From the NCBI GenBank assembly GCA_965235115.1, contig OZ249436.1, positions 4,032,001 to 4,096,000 of the forward strand: a stretch of DNA of 64,000 nucleotides, given 5' to 3'. The stretch comes from Laetmonice hystrix (taxonomy: Eukaryota). Shown piece by piece: positions 1-13,424 of this stretch (position 1 is the stretch's first letter; each line of letters starts with the position of its first letter). The position numbers and the translations under genes were made by a program. Under the pieces are notes generated by a model. That model did not search any database. It had not been told where the DNA came from and saw only the letters and a list, made by a program, of their open reading frames with translations.

Positions 1-2757
1 CTCAGACCATACACTAACCCTTCCACCCCGTCCTCAGACCTTACACTAACCCTTCCACCCCGTCCTCAGACCTGACACCAACCCTTCCATCCCGTCCTCA
101 GACCTTACACTAACCCTTCCACCCCGTCCTCAGACCTGACACCAACCCTTCCATCCCGTCCTCAGACCTTACACTAACCCTCCACCCCGTCCTCAGACCT
201 GACACCAACCCTTCCACCCCGCCCTCAGACCTTACACTAACCCTCCACCCCGTCCTCAGACCATACACTAACCCTTCCACCCCGTCCTCAGACCTTACAC
301 TAACCCGTCCACCCCGTCCTCAGACCTTACACTAACCCCTCCACCCCGTCCTCAGACCTTACACTAACCCTTCCACCCCGTCCTCAGTCCTTACACTAAC
401 TCTTCCACCCCGTCCTCAGACCTTACACTAACCCTTCCACCCCGTCCTCAGACCTTACACTAACCCTTCCACCCCGTCCTCAGACCTTACACTAACCCGT
501 CCACCCCGTCCTCAGACCTTACACTAACCCTTCCACCCCGTCCTCAGACCGTACACTAACCCTTCCACCCCGTCCTCAGACCTTACACTAACCCTTCCAC
601 CCCGTCCTCAGACCTTACACTAACCCTTCCACCCCGTCCTCAGACCTTACACTAACCCTTCCACCCCGTCCTCAGACCTGACACTAACCCTTCCATCCCG
701 TCCTCAGACCTTACACTAACCCTTCCACCCCGTCCTCAGACCTTACACTAACCCGTCCACCCCGTCCTCAGACCTTACACTAACCCTTCCACCCCGTCCT
801 CAGACCGTACACTAACCCTTCCACCCCGTCCTCAGACCTTACACTAACCCTTCCACCCCGTCCTCAGACCTTACACTAACCCTTCCACCCCGTCCTCAGA
901 CCTTACACTAACCCCTCCACCCCGTCCTCAGACCTTACACTAACCCTTCCACCCCGTCCTCAGTCCTTACACTAACCCTTCCACCCCGTCCTCAGACCTT
1001 ACACTAACCCTTCCACCCCGTCCTCAGACCTTACACTAACCCTTCCACCCCGTCCTCAGACCTTACACTAACCCGTCCACCCCGTCCTCAGACCTTACAC
1101 TAACCCTTCCACCCCGTCCTCAGACCGTACACTAACCCTTCCACCCCGTCCTCAGACCTTACACTAACCCTTCCACCCCGTCCTCAGACCTTACACTAAC
1201 CCTTCCACCCCGTCCTCAGACCTTACACTAACCCTTCCACCCCGTCCTCAGACCTTACACTAACCCTTCCACCCCGTCCTCAGACCGTACACTAACCCTT
1301 CCACCCCGTCCTCAGACCTTACACTAACCCTTCCACCCCGTCCTCAGACCTTACACTAACCCTTCCACCCCGTCCTCAGACCTTACACTAACCCGTCCAC
1401 CCCGTCCTCAGACCTTACACTAACCCGTCCACCCCGTCCTCAGTCCTTACACTAACCCTTCCACCCCGTCCTCAGACCTTACACTAACCCTTCCACCCCG
1501 TCCTCAGACCTTACACTAACCCTTCCACCCCGTCCTCAGACCTTACACTAACCCTTCCACCCCGTCCTCAGACCTTACACTAACCCTTCCACCCCGTCCT
1601 CAGACCTTACACTAACCCTTCCACCCCGTCCTCAGACCTCACACTAACCCTTCCACCCCGTCCTCAGACCTCACACTAACCCTTCCACCCCGTCCTCAGA
1701 CCTCACACTAACCCTTCCACCCCGTCCTCAGACCTCACACTAACCCTTCCACCCCGTCCTCAGACCTTACACTAACCCTTCCACCCCGTCCTCAGACCTT
1801 ACACTAACCCTTCCACCCCGTCCTCAGACCTTACACTAACCCTTCCACCCCGTCCTCAGTCCTTACACTAACCCTTCCACCCCGTCCTCAGACCTTACAC
1901 TAACCCTTCCACCCCGTCCTCAGACCTTACACTAACCCTTCCACCCCGTCCTCAGACCGTACACTAACCCTTCCACCCCGTCCTCAGACCTTACACTAAC
2001 CCTTCCACCCCGTCCTCAGACCTTACACTAACCCTTCCACCCCGTCCTCAGACCTTACACTAACCCTTCCACCCCGTCCTCAGACCTCACACTAACCCTT
2101 CCACCCCGTCCTCAGACCTTACACTAACCCTTCCACCCCGTCCTCAGACCTTACACTAACCCTTCCACCCCGTCCTCAGACCTTACACTAACCCTTCCAC
2201 CCCGTCCTCAGACCTTACACTAACCCTTCCACCCCGTCCTCAGACCGTACACTAACCCTTCCACCCCGTCCTCAGACCTTACACTAACCCTTCCACCCCG
2301 TCCTCAGACCTTACACTAACCCTTCCACCCCGTCCTCAGACCTTACACTAACCCTTCCACCCCGTCCTCAGACCTTACACTAACCCGTCCACCCCGTCCT
2401 CAGACCGTACACTAACCCTTCCACCCCGTCCTCAGACCTTACACTAACCCTTCCACCCCGTCCTCAGACCTTACACTAACCCTTCCACCCCGTCCTCAGA
2501 CCTTACACTAACCCTTCCACCCCGTCCTCAGACCGTACACTAACCCTTCCACCCCGTCCTCAGACCTTACACTAACCCTTCCACCCCGTCCTCAGACCTT
2601 ACACTAACCCTTCCACCCCGTCCTCAGACCTTACACTAACCCTTCCACCCCGTCCTCAGACCTTACACTAACCCGTCCACCCCGTCCTCAGACCGTACAC
2701 TAACCCTTCCACCCCGTCCTCAGACCGTACACTAACCCTTCCACCCCGTCCTCAGAC
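1..2757. repeat. 32-bp minisatellite, ~86 copies, truncated by window start
   Basis: Unit CTCAGACCTTACACTAACCCTTCCACCCCGTC. Confidence 0.98.
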
Positions 2758-3049
2758 CCCCCCCCCCCAAGGACCCCCCATTATCTGCCCCTGCGTCTAC
2801 CCCTAATTCCGTGAGAATTTACAATGGGGGAATAGACAAGAGTTGAAGAGTGTACCGTACGTAATAACACTAATGATCACATGGGTGGAGTTCCGTAGGC
2901 CTACATCTCGAGTGAAAGATACTCGAGCTGACCCTAACGACGCGCTATATAAGGCACATTCTTTCTCATTGACTGAATTAACCGACCTATCCCAGTCAGT
3001 TTTTTAAAGCGCCGTCCATAGCCTCCAGAACCTGATACCTATACGTCTG

Positions 3050-3263
3050 CAGTGGGGGATCCAGGATTTTGATAAGGGGGGCACCAGGATTTTCACAAGG
3101 GGGGGGGGGCAGCAGGATTTTGATAAGGGGGGTAAAACCTTTTTTTTGCCTCGTTATGCTCGGCTTTTGATTTTGGCTGTACTAATGCATCTTCATTCAA
3201 CCCCAAAAAAGAAGGAAAATCTAAGGGGGCCCGGCCCCCTAGGCCCCCCTAGATCCCGCACTG
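3050..3263. mobile_element. hAT-like MITE with 5-bp TSD
   Basis: TIRs CAGTGGGGGATC / GATCCCGCACTG (11/12), flanked by GTCTG on both sides. Confidence 0.75.
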
Positions 3264-3901
3264 GTCTGTTATACACAGGGCCATCCCGCAATGGACGACC
3301 TTGCTATACGATAATGCTGCGTGCGGCTGTCATATTGACAATCAACATATTTATTTGGTGCAGTGAAGCACCATGATTCTCCTCGGTCGTTATGTCATCC
3401 CTTGTCATTATTAGCACTGACGCCATCGCCTACAGCGCCTGGAGTCAGGTAGCAGTAGAGACGCCCCCTTCCGTGAAATGATATCACCCCTTTAAGAGGA
3501 CCAACAAAATATTCCATCGCGGTCTCCATTCGAGAGTCATAGACAGCACCCGGGCCTGTAATATTTGATCTAATGTTTGTCGAGGACTAGTCCATGTGGG
3601 CGGAGATGACGTGTAACAGACACGTTGTGACGGTCGGCGTGCCTGGAATGACAGTGACCTGTGGCCAACCTGCAGGATATTCCCTCCAACCTACTTATAG
3701 AGTAGAGTCGGGCAGTTGGTGTGGGATGGTGGCGGCTGTGTGGGTACAGGATCAGATGGTAATTGCACACTGTGTCGGGCCCATCGCCGACTCGCCAGGT
3801 GTGATTACGTGATTCCAAACACGTTATTGGGACTGATGATTGATCGAAGAGTGGACGGAGCTCGGGACCGTACGGACAGACGGAGCAATGGCGATTTAGG
3901 A

Positions 3902-4477
3902 CCGGTGTAACGATTTCAAGTTCCCCCCTCATTCAAGTCCCCCCCCCCCCCCGGGAACTTGAAAACGTTTTCAAATTCCTCCCCCGGGAACTTGAAAACG
4001 TTTTCAAATTCCCTCCCGCGATTTAATTTTCCCTCCCCCAGGGACTTGAAAACGTTTTACGTTTATAAATAAAATATAGGCCTACCTTATTATTTTATAA
4101 CTAATTTTAAATGTCGATCCTTTTTGTCCTTCTTACTTCACCACATCTAGGGGGTAGGTCCTAGGCCTAGATATCTTTTGCCAGCTTGTTTCTCTCGATT
4201 CATTTTACTGACCGTTCATTTTCACCCTAACCTAACCCTAACCCTAACCCTAACCCAAACCCTAGCCCTAACCCTTTCCCAAGGGAACGCGTATTAACGT
4301 TTTTCACGTTCTCGTGGGGGGAAATTGAAACCATTTTCAGAATCCTAGGGGGGAATTTGAAAATGGGGGGAGGAATCTGAAAACAATTTCAAATTCCTGG
4401 GAGGGAATTTGAAAACGTTTTCAAATTCCCGGGGGGGGGGGGGATTCCGGAGGGGGAATTTCAAAACGTTACACCGG
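3902..4477. mobile_element. Foldback-type non-autonomous DNA transposon with internal (CCCTAA)n
   Basis: Termini CCGGTGTAACG / CGTTACACCGG; subterminal GGGAACTTGAAAACGTTTTCAAATTCC modules on both arms; telomere-like tract at ~4224-4275. Confidence 0.75.
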
Positions 4478-4999
4478 GAGGGGGGGGGGGTCCCCTTAAT
4501 TTTTTGCACTTGCTAAGAACTTGCTAACTCCCAATATGTTACCATTACACGATATGGTACCTCCCATGATATGTTAGAGTCTCCCATAATATGTTAGAGT
4601 CTCAATCTACAGTTCGAGTTAACCCTATAACCTCTGACCCCTGACCTCCCGGGGAGTCACCAATAAAACCTACCTACAAACAATGCTCCCATATTGATGC
4701 GTGCTTCTCAGTTTCCCAATTAAATCCCCAGGTTTAGAAATGATCCCTCCTCCATCATCAAAAATAATGTTAGAATAATCTAATAATGATTCAAATTGAC
4801 GATTGTACTTTTTAAGAGGTGAATGTTCATGAGAAGCTGTTCATTACCTACTGACAACATCCGTCCGTTCTTGTTAATCAAAGTTTAATTCTTTTCATCC
4901 AGATTTCATAATATTTTGTCTGGCAGGGGCCTTCTTAAAACAGGTGGTAGTCTTGGGACTGCGTGATTCGCATAACTTCCTACTTAAAGTGGCACCCAT

Positions 5000-5775
5000 A
5001 ATTCCTCAGTTACTTACATGTACCTTTAACCCCCAGTGACACCATGTTAAAATTCCTCAGTTACTTACCTTTAACCCCCAGTGACACCATGTTAAAGTTC
5101 CTCAGTTACTTACCTTTAACCCCCAGTGACACCATGGTAAAATTCCTCAGTTACTTACCTTTAACCCCCAGTGACACCATGTTAAAATTCCTCAGTTACT
5201 TACCTTTAACCCCCAGTGACACCATGTTAAAATTCCTCAGTTACTTACCTTTAACCCCCAGTGACACCATGTTAAAATTCCTCAGTTACTTACCTTTAAC
5301 CCCCAGTGACACCATGTTAAAATTCCTCAGTTACTTACCTTTAACGCCCAGTGACACCATGTTAAAATTCCTCAGTTACTTACCTTTAACCCCCAGTGAC
5401 ACCATGTTAAAATTCCTCAGTTACTTACCTTTAACCCCAGTGACACCATGTTAAAATTCCTCAGTTACTTACCTTTAACCCCCAGTGACACCATGTTAAA
5501 ATTCCTCAGTTACTTACCTTTAACCCCCAGTGACACCATGTTAAAATTCCTCAGTTACTTACCTTTAACCCCCAGTGACACCATGTTAAAATTCCTAAGT
5601 TACTTACCTTTAACCCCCAGTGACACCATGTTAAAATTCCTCAGTTACTTACCTTTAACCCCCAGTGACACCATGTTAAAATTCCTAAGTTACTTACCTT
5701 TAACCCCCAGTGACACCATGTTAAAATTCCTCAGTTACTTACCTTTAACCCCCAGTGACACCATGTTAAAATTTC
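5000..5775. repeat. 45-bp minisatellite, ~17 copies
   Basis: Unit AAATTCCTCAGTTACTTACCTTTAACCCCCAGTGACACCATGTTA. Confidence 0.97.
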
Positions 5776-6307
5776 AGGTTCGAGCGATAAGCGAAAGAAT
5801 GTTACAACTGGATCTCTCGAGCTTATAGTAAAACACAATAAATGCGAGGATACCCCTCTATATACTTCATTCTAATATTACAGAAGCACATAATTATAAA
5901 GAGTTGTTTTCATATATTTTTTATCATGTCCAAATATATCAACAGTGCCCACCAAATAAAAACCATACATATTGAATACTGGTGAAGACATTTCGTTGCT
6001 GGGCCACAGACGCTCGTGTTTGATGCATGTCAATGCAGACAGTATTAGTGGCACCTTGTGGCAATTGGTCTACGCCCTGTTTATGTGGTATGTGCCCTGT
6101 TTATGTGGTAAGGCTTTGTCAACAGAGGTCCTATACAATATATAGCTGCATGTCAACCACCAGCTACACCGCTTCACGTAGAGCAAGCAGACAGGCCATA
6201 CACTTGACAAAATACAGTCAACAAATCGGGGCAGACTGACGAATGACGGGTTCGAGGGCAAGTTATTAACAACGTGTTACTGTCACAAATCAGTTCTATG
6301 GTCACTC

Positions 6308-6498
6308 ATTGATGTAAATTATAATATAATGACCATTGAATAGTAAATTATAATATAATGACCATTGAATAGTAAATTATAATATAATGACCATTGAATA
6401 GTATATTATAATATAATAACCATTGGATAGTATATTATAATATAATGACCATTGAATAGTATATTATAATATAATGACCATTGAATAGTATATTATAT
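6308..6498. repeat. 29-bp AT-rich tandem repeat, ~6 copies
   Basis: Unit ATTGAATAGTAWATTATAATATAATGACC. Confidence 0.92.
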
Positions 6499-6967
6499 AG
6501 ACGGACATTGGAACTAGCAGAGCTATACTTGCGCTCATTTTGTGCACAAATAAAGTATACAGAAAGAAGTAAAGTTTCAAATTAAAAAAAAGAAGACACA
6601 ACAAAGCCTATGTTCACTTGGAAACATAACGACGATTCTGACTATATAATAAATCACCAAGTTAATGTGGCGTGTAGATCTCGATGTGTGATAGGTTTGA
6701 CATGATTAATCCTGAATATTCCTAACATACAAACTCTGACACCACTGCACAATAAACCGACGCCTCAAACAAAGCGACAATGAAAGCCACTGTCTTATAC
6801 CACCACTGACGCGTATATTGTTGAAACAAAATCAAAGGTAGGCACTTTTGTCGTTGGCACACATCTGGTTCAAAGCTACTACGGACCTTTGACGTTACAT
6901 GTCATAGCACTTGACAAAAATCAATTCTTCGCATTCATGAATAAAAATAGCACTGATAACTCAGTGG

Positions 6968-7373
6968 CCGCTGGGAGGGTTGACGCCGGTTGAGTCGCTG
7001 GGAGGGTTGGCGCCGGTTGAGCCGCTGGGAGGATTGACGCCGGTTGAGTCGCTGGGAGGGTTGACGCCGGTTGAGTCGCTGGGAGGGTTGGCGCCGGTTG
7101 AGTCGCTGGGAGGGTTGACGCCGGTTGAGTCGCTGGGAGGGTTGACGCCGGTTGAGTCGCTGGGAGGGTTGACGCCGGTTGAGTCGCTGGGAGGGTTGAG
7201 GCCGGTTGAGTCGCTGGGAGAGTTCACGACGGTTGAGTCGCTGGGAGGGTTCACGCCGGTTGAGTCGCTGGGAGGGTTCACGCCGGTTGAGTCGCTGGGA
7301 GAGTTGACGCCGGTTGAGTCGCTGGGAGGGTTGACGCCGGTTGAGTCGCTGGGAGGGTTGATGCCGGTTGAGT
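6968..7373. repeat. 27-bp minisatellite, ~15 copies
   Basis: Unit GCTGGGAGGGTTGACGCCGGTTGAGTC. Confidence 0.96.
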
Positions 7374-8062
7374 TGGTTTTAAACATATCATTCTTTGGGA
7401 TACGGTTCTGACGCCAGTAAGTAAAGGTTGACCAAAATAGGGGCACGAGTTATATAACATAGCAACGTTTATTACAGATACCACTGCTTGCTCCTTTGTT
7501 CCAACATACATGTACATACGTACGAATGATATACTAGTTTTTTTAAAGGCAATATAGCTATGTATATCGGTGTGGCTATATGTGCTGGCCCAGCGGCGGC
7601 CTTCCGGTCGCTGGTCGGCCGTGATATCTCCAGGCAGCTGGTGGACCATTCAGACACCATACTGATAGCGTCAATGGCGTCACCTCGCAGTACTGACACA
7701 CCAGATCAGTTCGTATATACGGCCTACTACTCAGCCCTGACCAAACGTCTCATATCAGGCTTGTTCCTGCTGTAATACGTAATCAGTAGGCAGCAGTGCC
7801 CGCAAACATGGACCATTTCTATATACTACTCACATCGCCACTTTTCACATCGTAAGGCTCGTATCCAAGGCACCCCGACTCAGAAGGACAGAACCCTTGT
7901 GGCACTGTGATCTGATTATGTTGGGGGTAGATCAGACCTTTGCAGGGTGTCAGTTCTCCCCTTGTGTGGGAACCATATACACCTACAGTGTGTCTGCACT
8001 AGCATTCGGAGAGTCAGACCCAGCGTTCAGTTCCATTTACCAAACCAGTGTTCATACCAAGC

Positions 8063-8068
8063 TTTATT
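8063..8068 (-). promoter_or_regulatory. Candidate polyadenylation signal of RASD-like gene
   Basis: AATAAA on the minus strand ~100 nt after the stop codon; another at 7468-7473. Usage unknown. Confidence 0.3.
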
Positions 8069-8165
8069 CTCCACTTTGCGCAATCTCCTTCACATTTCTG
8101 TCATGCCTGGTGTACCTTTGATACCTATCAAGGCATATCAAAACGATGCCATCCACCGCGTAGAC

Positions 8166-8737
8166 TCATTGCAGGACACACTTGGTACCCCCGTCAGCCC
8201 CTCTCCGACTCTCACTGTCGGTCGTACCATCCGGGTGTTTCGTCTGCAGGATGAGGAGATCGGTACGAATGCTGGGCCGGCGAGTGTTGGGAGCCACGGC
8301 TCCGCACGCGTCACTGAGCCGGCGACGGATGGTAACACCCCGGCGGAAGCTGCCGCTACCTCCGCCCTGGGCGCCACCCACGTAGGTCGGCTGGACTTTA
8401 CGGTGTAATGACGGGCTCATCTCGGTTGGCAGTTGCGCCAACATGAAGAGTTTCAAGAAGATCTCCTCGATGTTGATATTTCTCTTGGCTGATGTTTCCA
8501 CGGCTCCGCAGCTGGGGAGGCCCTCGACCAGAGCCTTCAGCTCGTCAGTACCTATCACACGTTCTGCCTCCTTATCGCATTTATTGCCCACAAGTACCAT
8601 GGGGACACGCGGCCGTTTCTGAGCCTGACCCTGATCCGGACTCTGCCCCTTCGATTCCCAGACCTGAGACTGTAGACGCTTCACCTCCTCGAAACTCTCG
8701 CGATTATCGATGCTGTAGACCAGGATAAAGAGGTCGC
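8166..8737 (-). CDS. RASD: RASD/Rhes/Dexras1-like small GTPase, coding exon 2 (terminal)
   Basis: Acceptor TTTCTCTCTGCAG|GC (AG at 8739-8738) completes G|GC = Gly, then DLFILVYSIDNRESFEEV...LVGNKCD (G4)...ETSAK (G5)...LPTEMSPSLHRKV...ACGAVAPNTRRPSIRTDL...KCVLQ*. CAAX box present; stop TGA at 8168-8166. Joined CDS is 861 nt = 286 aa. Confidence 0.95.
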
Positions 8738-8961
8738 CTGCAGAGAGAAAGCACAGGGCATGAGGTCGGGATCTCTCCCGAGCACAGTCAACATCAAACA
8801 CATCTATAGTTGAAAAGGTCGACCGGAAACAGACAGCTACTATCAAGCAAACCGATAAATCCATAGGTAGAATCGTTGTTAGATTTGTTCTGTGGATTTG
8901 TTGTCTCTGGGTCCCCTCCCCCGAAGGCTTTTCTGTCGATCCGACTCTCTTGTTGAGTTCA

Positions 8962-9977
8962 CCGGATACATATTACATTAGTACACATGGGATCATTGAA
9001 AGTGTCTCCAATTACTGGTCTGTGTATCATGCATGCTTCACGTATCAAGATACATATTACATTAGTACACATGGGATCATTGAAAGTGTCTCCAATTACT
9101 GGTCTGTGTATCATGCATGGCTACACGTATCAGGACACATATTACATTAGTACACATGGGATCATTGAAAGTGTCTCCAATTACTGGTCTGTGTATCATG
9201 CATGCTTCACGTATCAAGATACATATTACGTTAGTACACATGGGATCATTGAAAGTGTCTCCAATTGCTGGTCTGTGTATCATGCCTGGCTTCACGTATC
9301 AGGACACATATTACATTAGTACACATGGGATCATTGAAAGTGTCTCCAATTACTGGTCTGTGTATCATGCCTGGCTTCACGTATCAGGATACATATTACA
9401 TTAGTACACATGGGATCATTGAAAGTGTCTCCAATTACTGGTCTGTGTATCATGCATGCTTCACATATCAGGACACATATTACATTAGTACACATGGGAT
9501 CATTGAAAGTGTCTTCAATTACTGGTCTGTGTATCATGCATGCTTCACGTATCAGGACACATATTACATTAGTACACATGGGATCATTGAAAGGGTCTCC
9601 AATTACTGGTCTGTGTATCATGCCTGGCTTCACGTATCAGGATACATATTACATTAGTACACATGGGATCATTGAAAGTGTCTCAAATTACTGGTCTGTG
9701 TATCATGCATGGCTTCACGTATCAGGATACATATTACATTAGTACACATGGGATCATTGAAAGTGTCTCCAATTACTGGTCTGTGTATCATGCCTGGCTT
9801 CACGTATCAGGATACACATTACATTAGTACACATGGGATCATTGAAAGTGTCTCCAATTACTGGTCTGTGTATCATGCATGCTTCACGTATCAGGATATT
9901 ACATTAGTACACATGGGATCATTGAAAGTGTCTCCAATTACTGGTCTGTGTATCATGCATGGCTTCACGTATCAGGA
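8962..9977. repeat. ~84-85-bp tandem repeat, ~12 copies
   Basis: Unit GGATACATATTACATTAGTACACATGGGATCATTGAAAGTGTCTCCAATTACTGGTCTGTGTATCATGCATGGCTTCACGTATCA. Confidence 0.96.
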
Positions 9978-11942
9978 TCTGTTTGGGGTCAAGCCAGCTC
10001 TGACGGGAAGGATCCCTGTATGATCTGGTTGAGGTCAAGCCAGCTCTGACGGGAAGGATCCCTGTATGATTTGGTTGGGGTCAAGCCAGCTCTGACGGGA
10101 AGGATCCCTGTATGATTTGGTTGGGGTCAAGCCAGCTCTGACGGGAAGGATCCCTGTATGATTTGGTTGAGGTCAAGCCAGCTCTGACGGGAAGGATCCC
10201 TGTATCAGGATCTGGTTGGGGTCAAGCCAGCTCTGACGGGAAGGATCCCTGTATGATTTGGTTGAGGTCAAGCCAGCTCTGACGGGAAGGATCCCTGTAT
10301 GATTTGGTTGGGGTGAAGCCAGCTCTGACGGGAAGGATCCCTGTATGATTTGGTTGGGGTCAAGCCAGCTCTGACGGGAAGGATCTCTGTATGATTTGGT
10401 TGGGGTCAAGCCAGCTCTGACGGGAAGGATCCCTGTATGATTTGGTTGAGGTCAAGCCAGCTCTGACGGGAAGGATCCCTGTATGATTTGGTTGAGGTCA
10501 AGCCAGCTCTGACGGGAAGGATCCCTGTATCAGGATCTGGTTGGGGTCAAGCCAGCTCTGACGGGAAGGATCCCTGTATGATTTGGTTGAGGTCAAGCCA
10601 GCTCTGACGGGAAGGATGCCTGTATGATTTGGTTGAGGTCAAGCCAGCTCTGACGGGAAGGATCCCTGTATGATTTGGTTGGGGTCAAGCCAGCTCTGAC
10701 GGGAAGGATCCCTGTATGATTTGGTTGAGGTCAAGCCAGCTCTGACGGGAAGGATCCCTGTATGATCTGGTTGGGGTCAAGCCAGCTCTGACGGGAAGGA
10801 TCCCTGTATGATCTGGTTGGGGTCAAGCCAGCTCTGACGGGAAGGATCCCTGTATGATCTGGTTGAGGTCAAGCCAGCTCTGACGGGAAGGATCCCTGTA
10901 TGATTTGGTTGGGGTCAAGCCAGCTCTGACGGGAAGGATCCCTGTATGATTTGGTTGAGGTCAAGCCAGCTCTGACGGGAAGGATCCCTGTATGATTTGG
11001 TTGGGGTCAAGCCAGCTCTGACGGGAAGGATCCCTGTATGATTTGGTTGAGGTCAAGCCAGCTCTGACGGGAAGGATCCCTGTATGATCTGGTTGGGGTC
11101 AAGCCAGCTCTGACGGGAAGGATCCCTGTATGATTTGGTTGAGGTCAAGCCAGCTCTGACGGGAAGGATCCCTGTATGATCTGGTTGGGGTCAAGCCAGC
11201 TCTGACGGGAAGGATCCCTGTATGATTTGGTTGGGGTCAAGCCAGCTCTGACGGGAAGGATCCCTGTATGATTTGGTTGAGGTCAAGCCAGCTCTGACGG
11301 GAAGGATCCCTGTATGATTTGGTTGAGGTCAAGCCAGCTCTGACGGGAAGGATCCCTGTATGATTTGGTTGGGGTCAAGCCAGCTCTGACGGGAAGGATC
11401 TCTGTATGATTTGGTTGAGGTCAAGCCAGCTCTGACGGGAAGGATCCCTGTATGATTTGGTTGGGGTCAAGCCAGCTCTGACGGAAAGGATCCCTGTATG
11501 ATTTGGTTGGCGTCAAGCCAGCTCTGACGGGAAGGATCTCTGTATGATTTGGTTGGGGTCAAGCCAGCTCTGACGGGAAGGATCCCTGTATGATTTGGTT
11601 GGGGTCAAGCCAGCTCTGACGGGAAGGATCCCTGTATGATCTGGTTGGGGTGAAGCCAGCTCTGACGGGAAGGATCTCTGTATGATTTGGTTGGGGTCAA
11701 GCCAGCTCTGACGGGAAGGATCCCTGTATGATCTGGTTGGGGTCAAGCCAGCTCTGACGGGAAGGATCTCTGTATGATTTGGTTGGGGTCAAGCCAGCTC
11801 TGACGGGAAGGATCCCTGTATGATCTGGTTGGGGTCAAGCCAGCTCTGACGGGAAGGATCCCTGTATGATTTGGTTGAGGTCAAGCCAGCTCTGACGGGA
11901 AGGATCCCTGTATGATTTGGTTGAGGTCAAGCCAGCTCTGAC
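9978..11942. repeat. 46-bp minisatellite, ~43 copies
   Basis: Unit GTCAAGCCAGCTCTGACGGGAAGGATCCCTGTATGATTTGGTTGRG; directly abuts the previous array. Confidence 0.97.
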
Positions 11943-13424
11943 AGTAAAGATCTCTGAGCCGGAAACGGAAGCGATTCTGCAGGAAATCCCTGCGCTGAGT
12001 TAGGACGTCATTCGGGGGAGAATAATCTGTAGTTGGTGTAATCTTTTTTATCTCCGACACGGAGAAAACGGTAAACAGGAAATTACCCAGGATGCACTCT
12101 GGCCGGTACCTTTAATCAGCTTTGAAGTTTTTCTCATATTACTTTGTGTAAAGTAAATACATTGTAGATTTGTACAATTTCAGGCTCTGTTAATTATCTG
12201 TTAAGCTATTTTACCACTAATCTATCGTCCTCCTACTTAACTTTCTTATGGAGTCCTAAAAACATACACGATTGCTGCAACCTTTAAGTGACCTTCAGCT
12301 GTGGAGACGGTTGACCTCTGAGTAAATATGTGCTGTCAGTAGCCACACAATGACCACCGTGGGTTCCGCCCATTGCCACCAACACCTTTAAACCGCCTGG
12401 CATTATCAGCCTTGCGTAAATATCGACAAAAATGGTCCTGAGCTTCCTAGTAATGAGATCGTTGAATGGACCAAGCATTGTGTAGATTGACAGGGCGTGT
12501 TCCTGCACGGTTTCAACTGGTCGCCAACTGGCCGCCTTATCTGATGCTAGCTCTGGCAGATAAACCGACTTTTCAATTAGCATTGACCCTTGAAACCACG
12601 TCGTCATGTCGCCCACCTTTGACAACGATAAGGCAGGTCCTGTTGCCATGGTAATCCGCCAACTGCAGGTAGACGCTGAGGTACGGGTGAGTGGACGGAC
12701 GGACGGACGGTCGGGGCAAAGTGCCAAGAAGGTGTGGCCAAGAGAAGCGCGACTCGCACAGACCTCGACTGTCTCCGGCATTTATTACTTCTCTATACCA
12801 GATCAGTGCTATACTGCAGAGTCCCCAGCGCGGACAGCTGGAGCTACAGAAACAAAACACCTTCTTGATGAAATCATTATCTCTATACAGCCGTTTTCAG
12901 TTCAAACAGGTCATTGTAATCGTAATGATGGAATTGACAGAACCCCGACTGATATTTTCCTGCTCGTTCTGTCTACCATCACTGGTCGAACATCAGAGCT
13001 ATTCTTTAAGACGGAGGTTTAGTCTTTTCTATACTAAATGCAAATTTTTGATTCTGGAATTGGAAGATTTCAAACGATATTGAATAATGGATGTTGGTTG
13101 TGGAAGCATGGTTTATGCAATTAGCGACGCATGGCCACGCAGATAGGATGTTATATGATGTTATTACCTTGGATGTTGTCGGAGTTTTCGTCTATGGCTG
13201 TAAAAACCGCTTATGCCGAGAATAATTATTCTATTCATTTCATTTAATTTTTCATGCCATTATGGTATCCATAAATCTATGTGGTATCCGACAATGCCTT
13301 AGAGAATGTTCTTTTCACCATATCTTTTTTCCTTTGACAAAGAGTTCCTATTCGTCCGACGACGGGACGGACAGTCTGTCAGGTTCAACCTTTGGGAAGA
13401 AAATATCCTCCTCAATGATGCTCC

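Noticed and set aside
8738..8864. N-terminal part of ORF 8166..8864
   Set aside because: Intronic read-through upstream of the acceptor at 8738.
12750..13330. Possible decayed transposase on the minus strand (IALMFD-like fragment)
   Set aside because: Many stops and too little similarity to call without a translated search.
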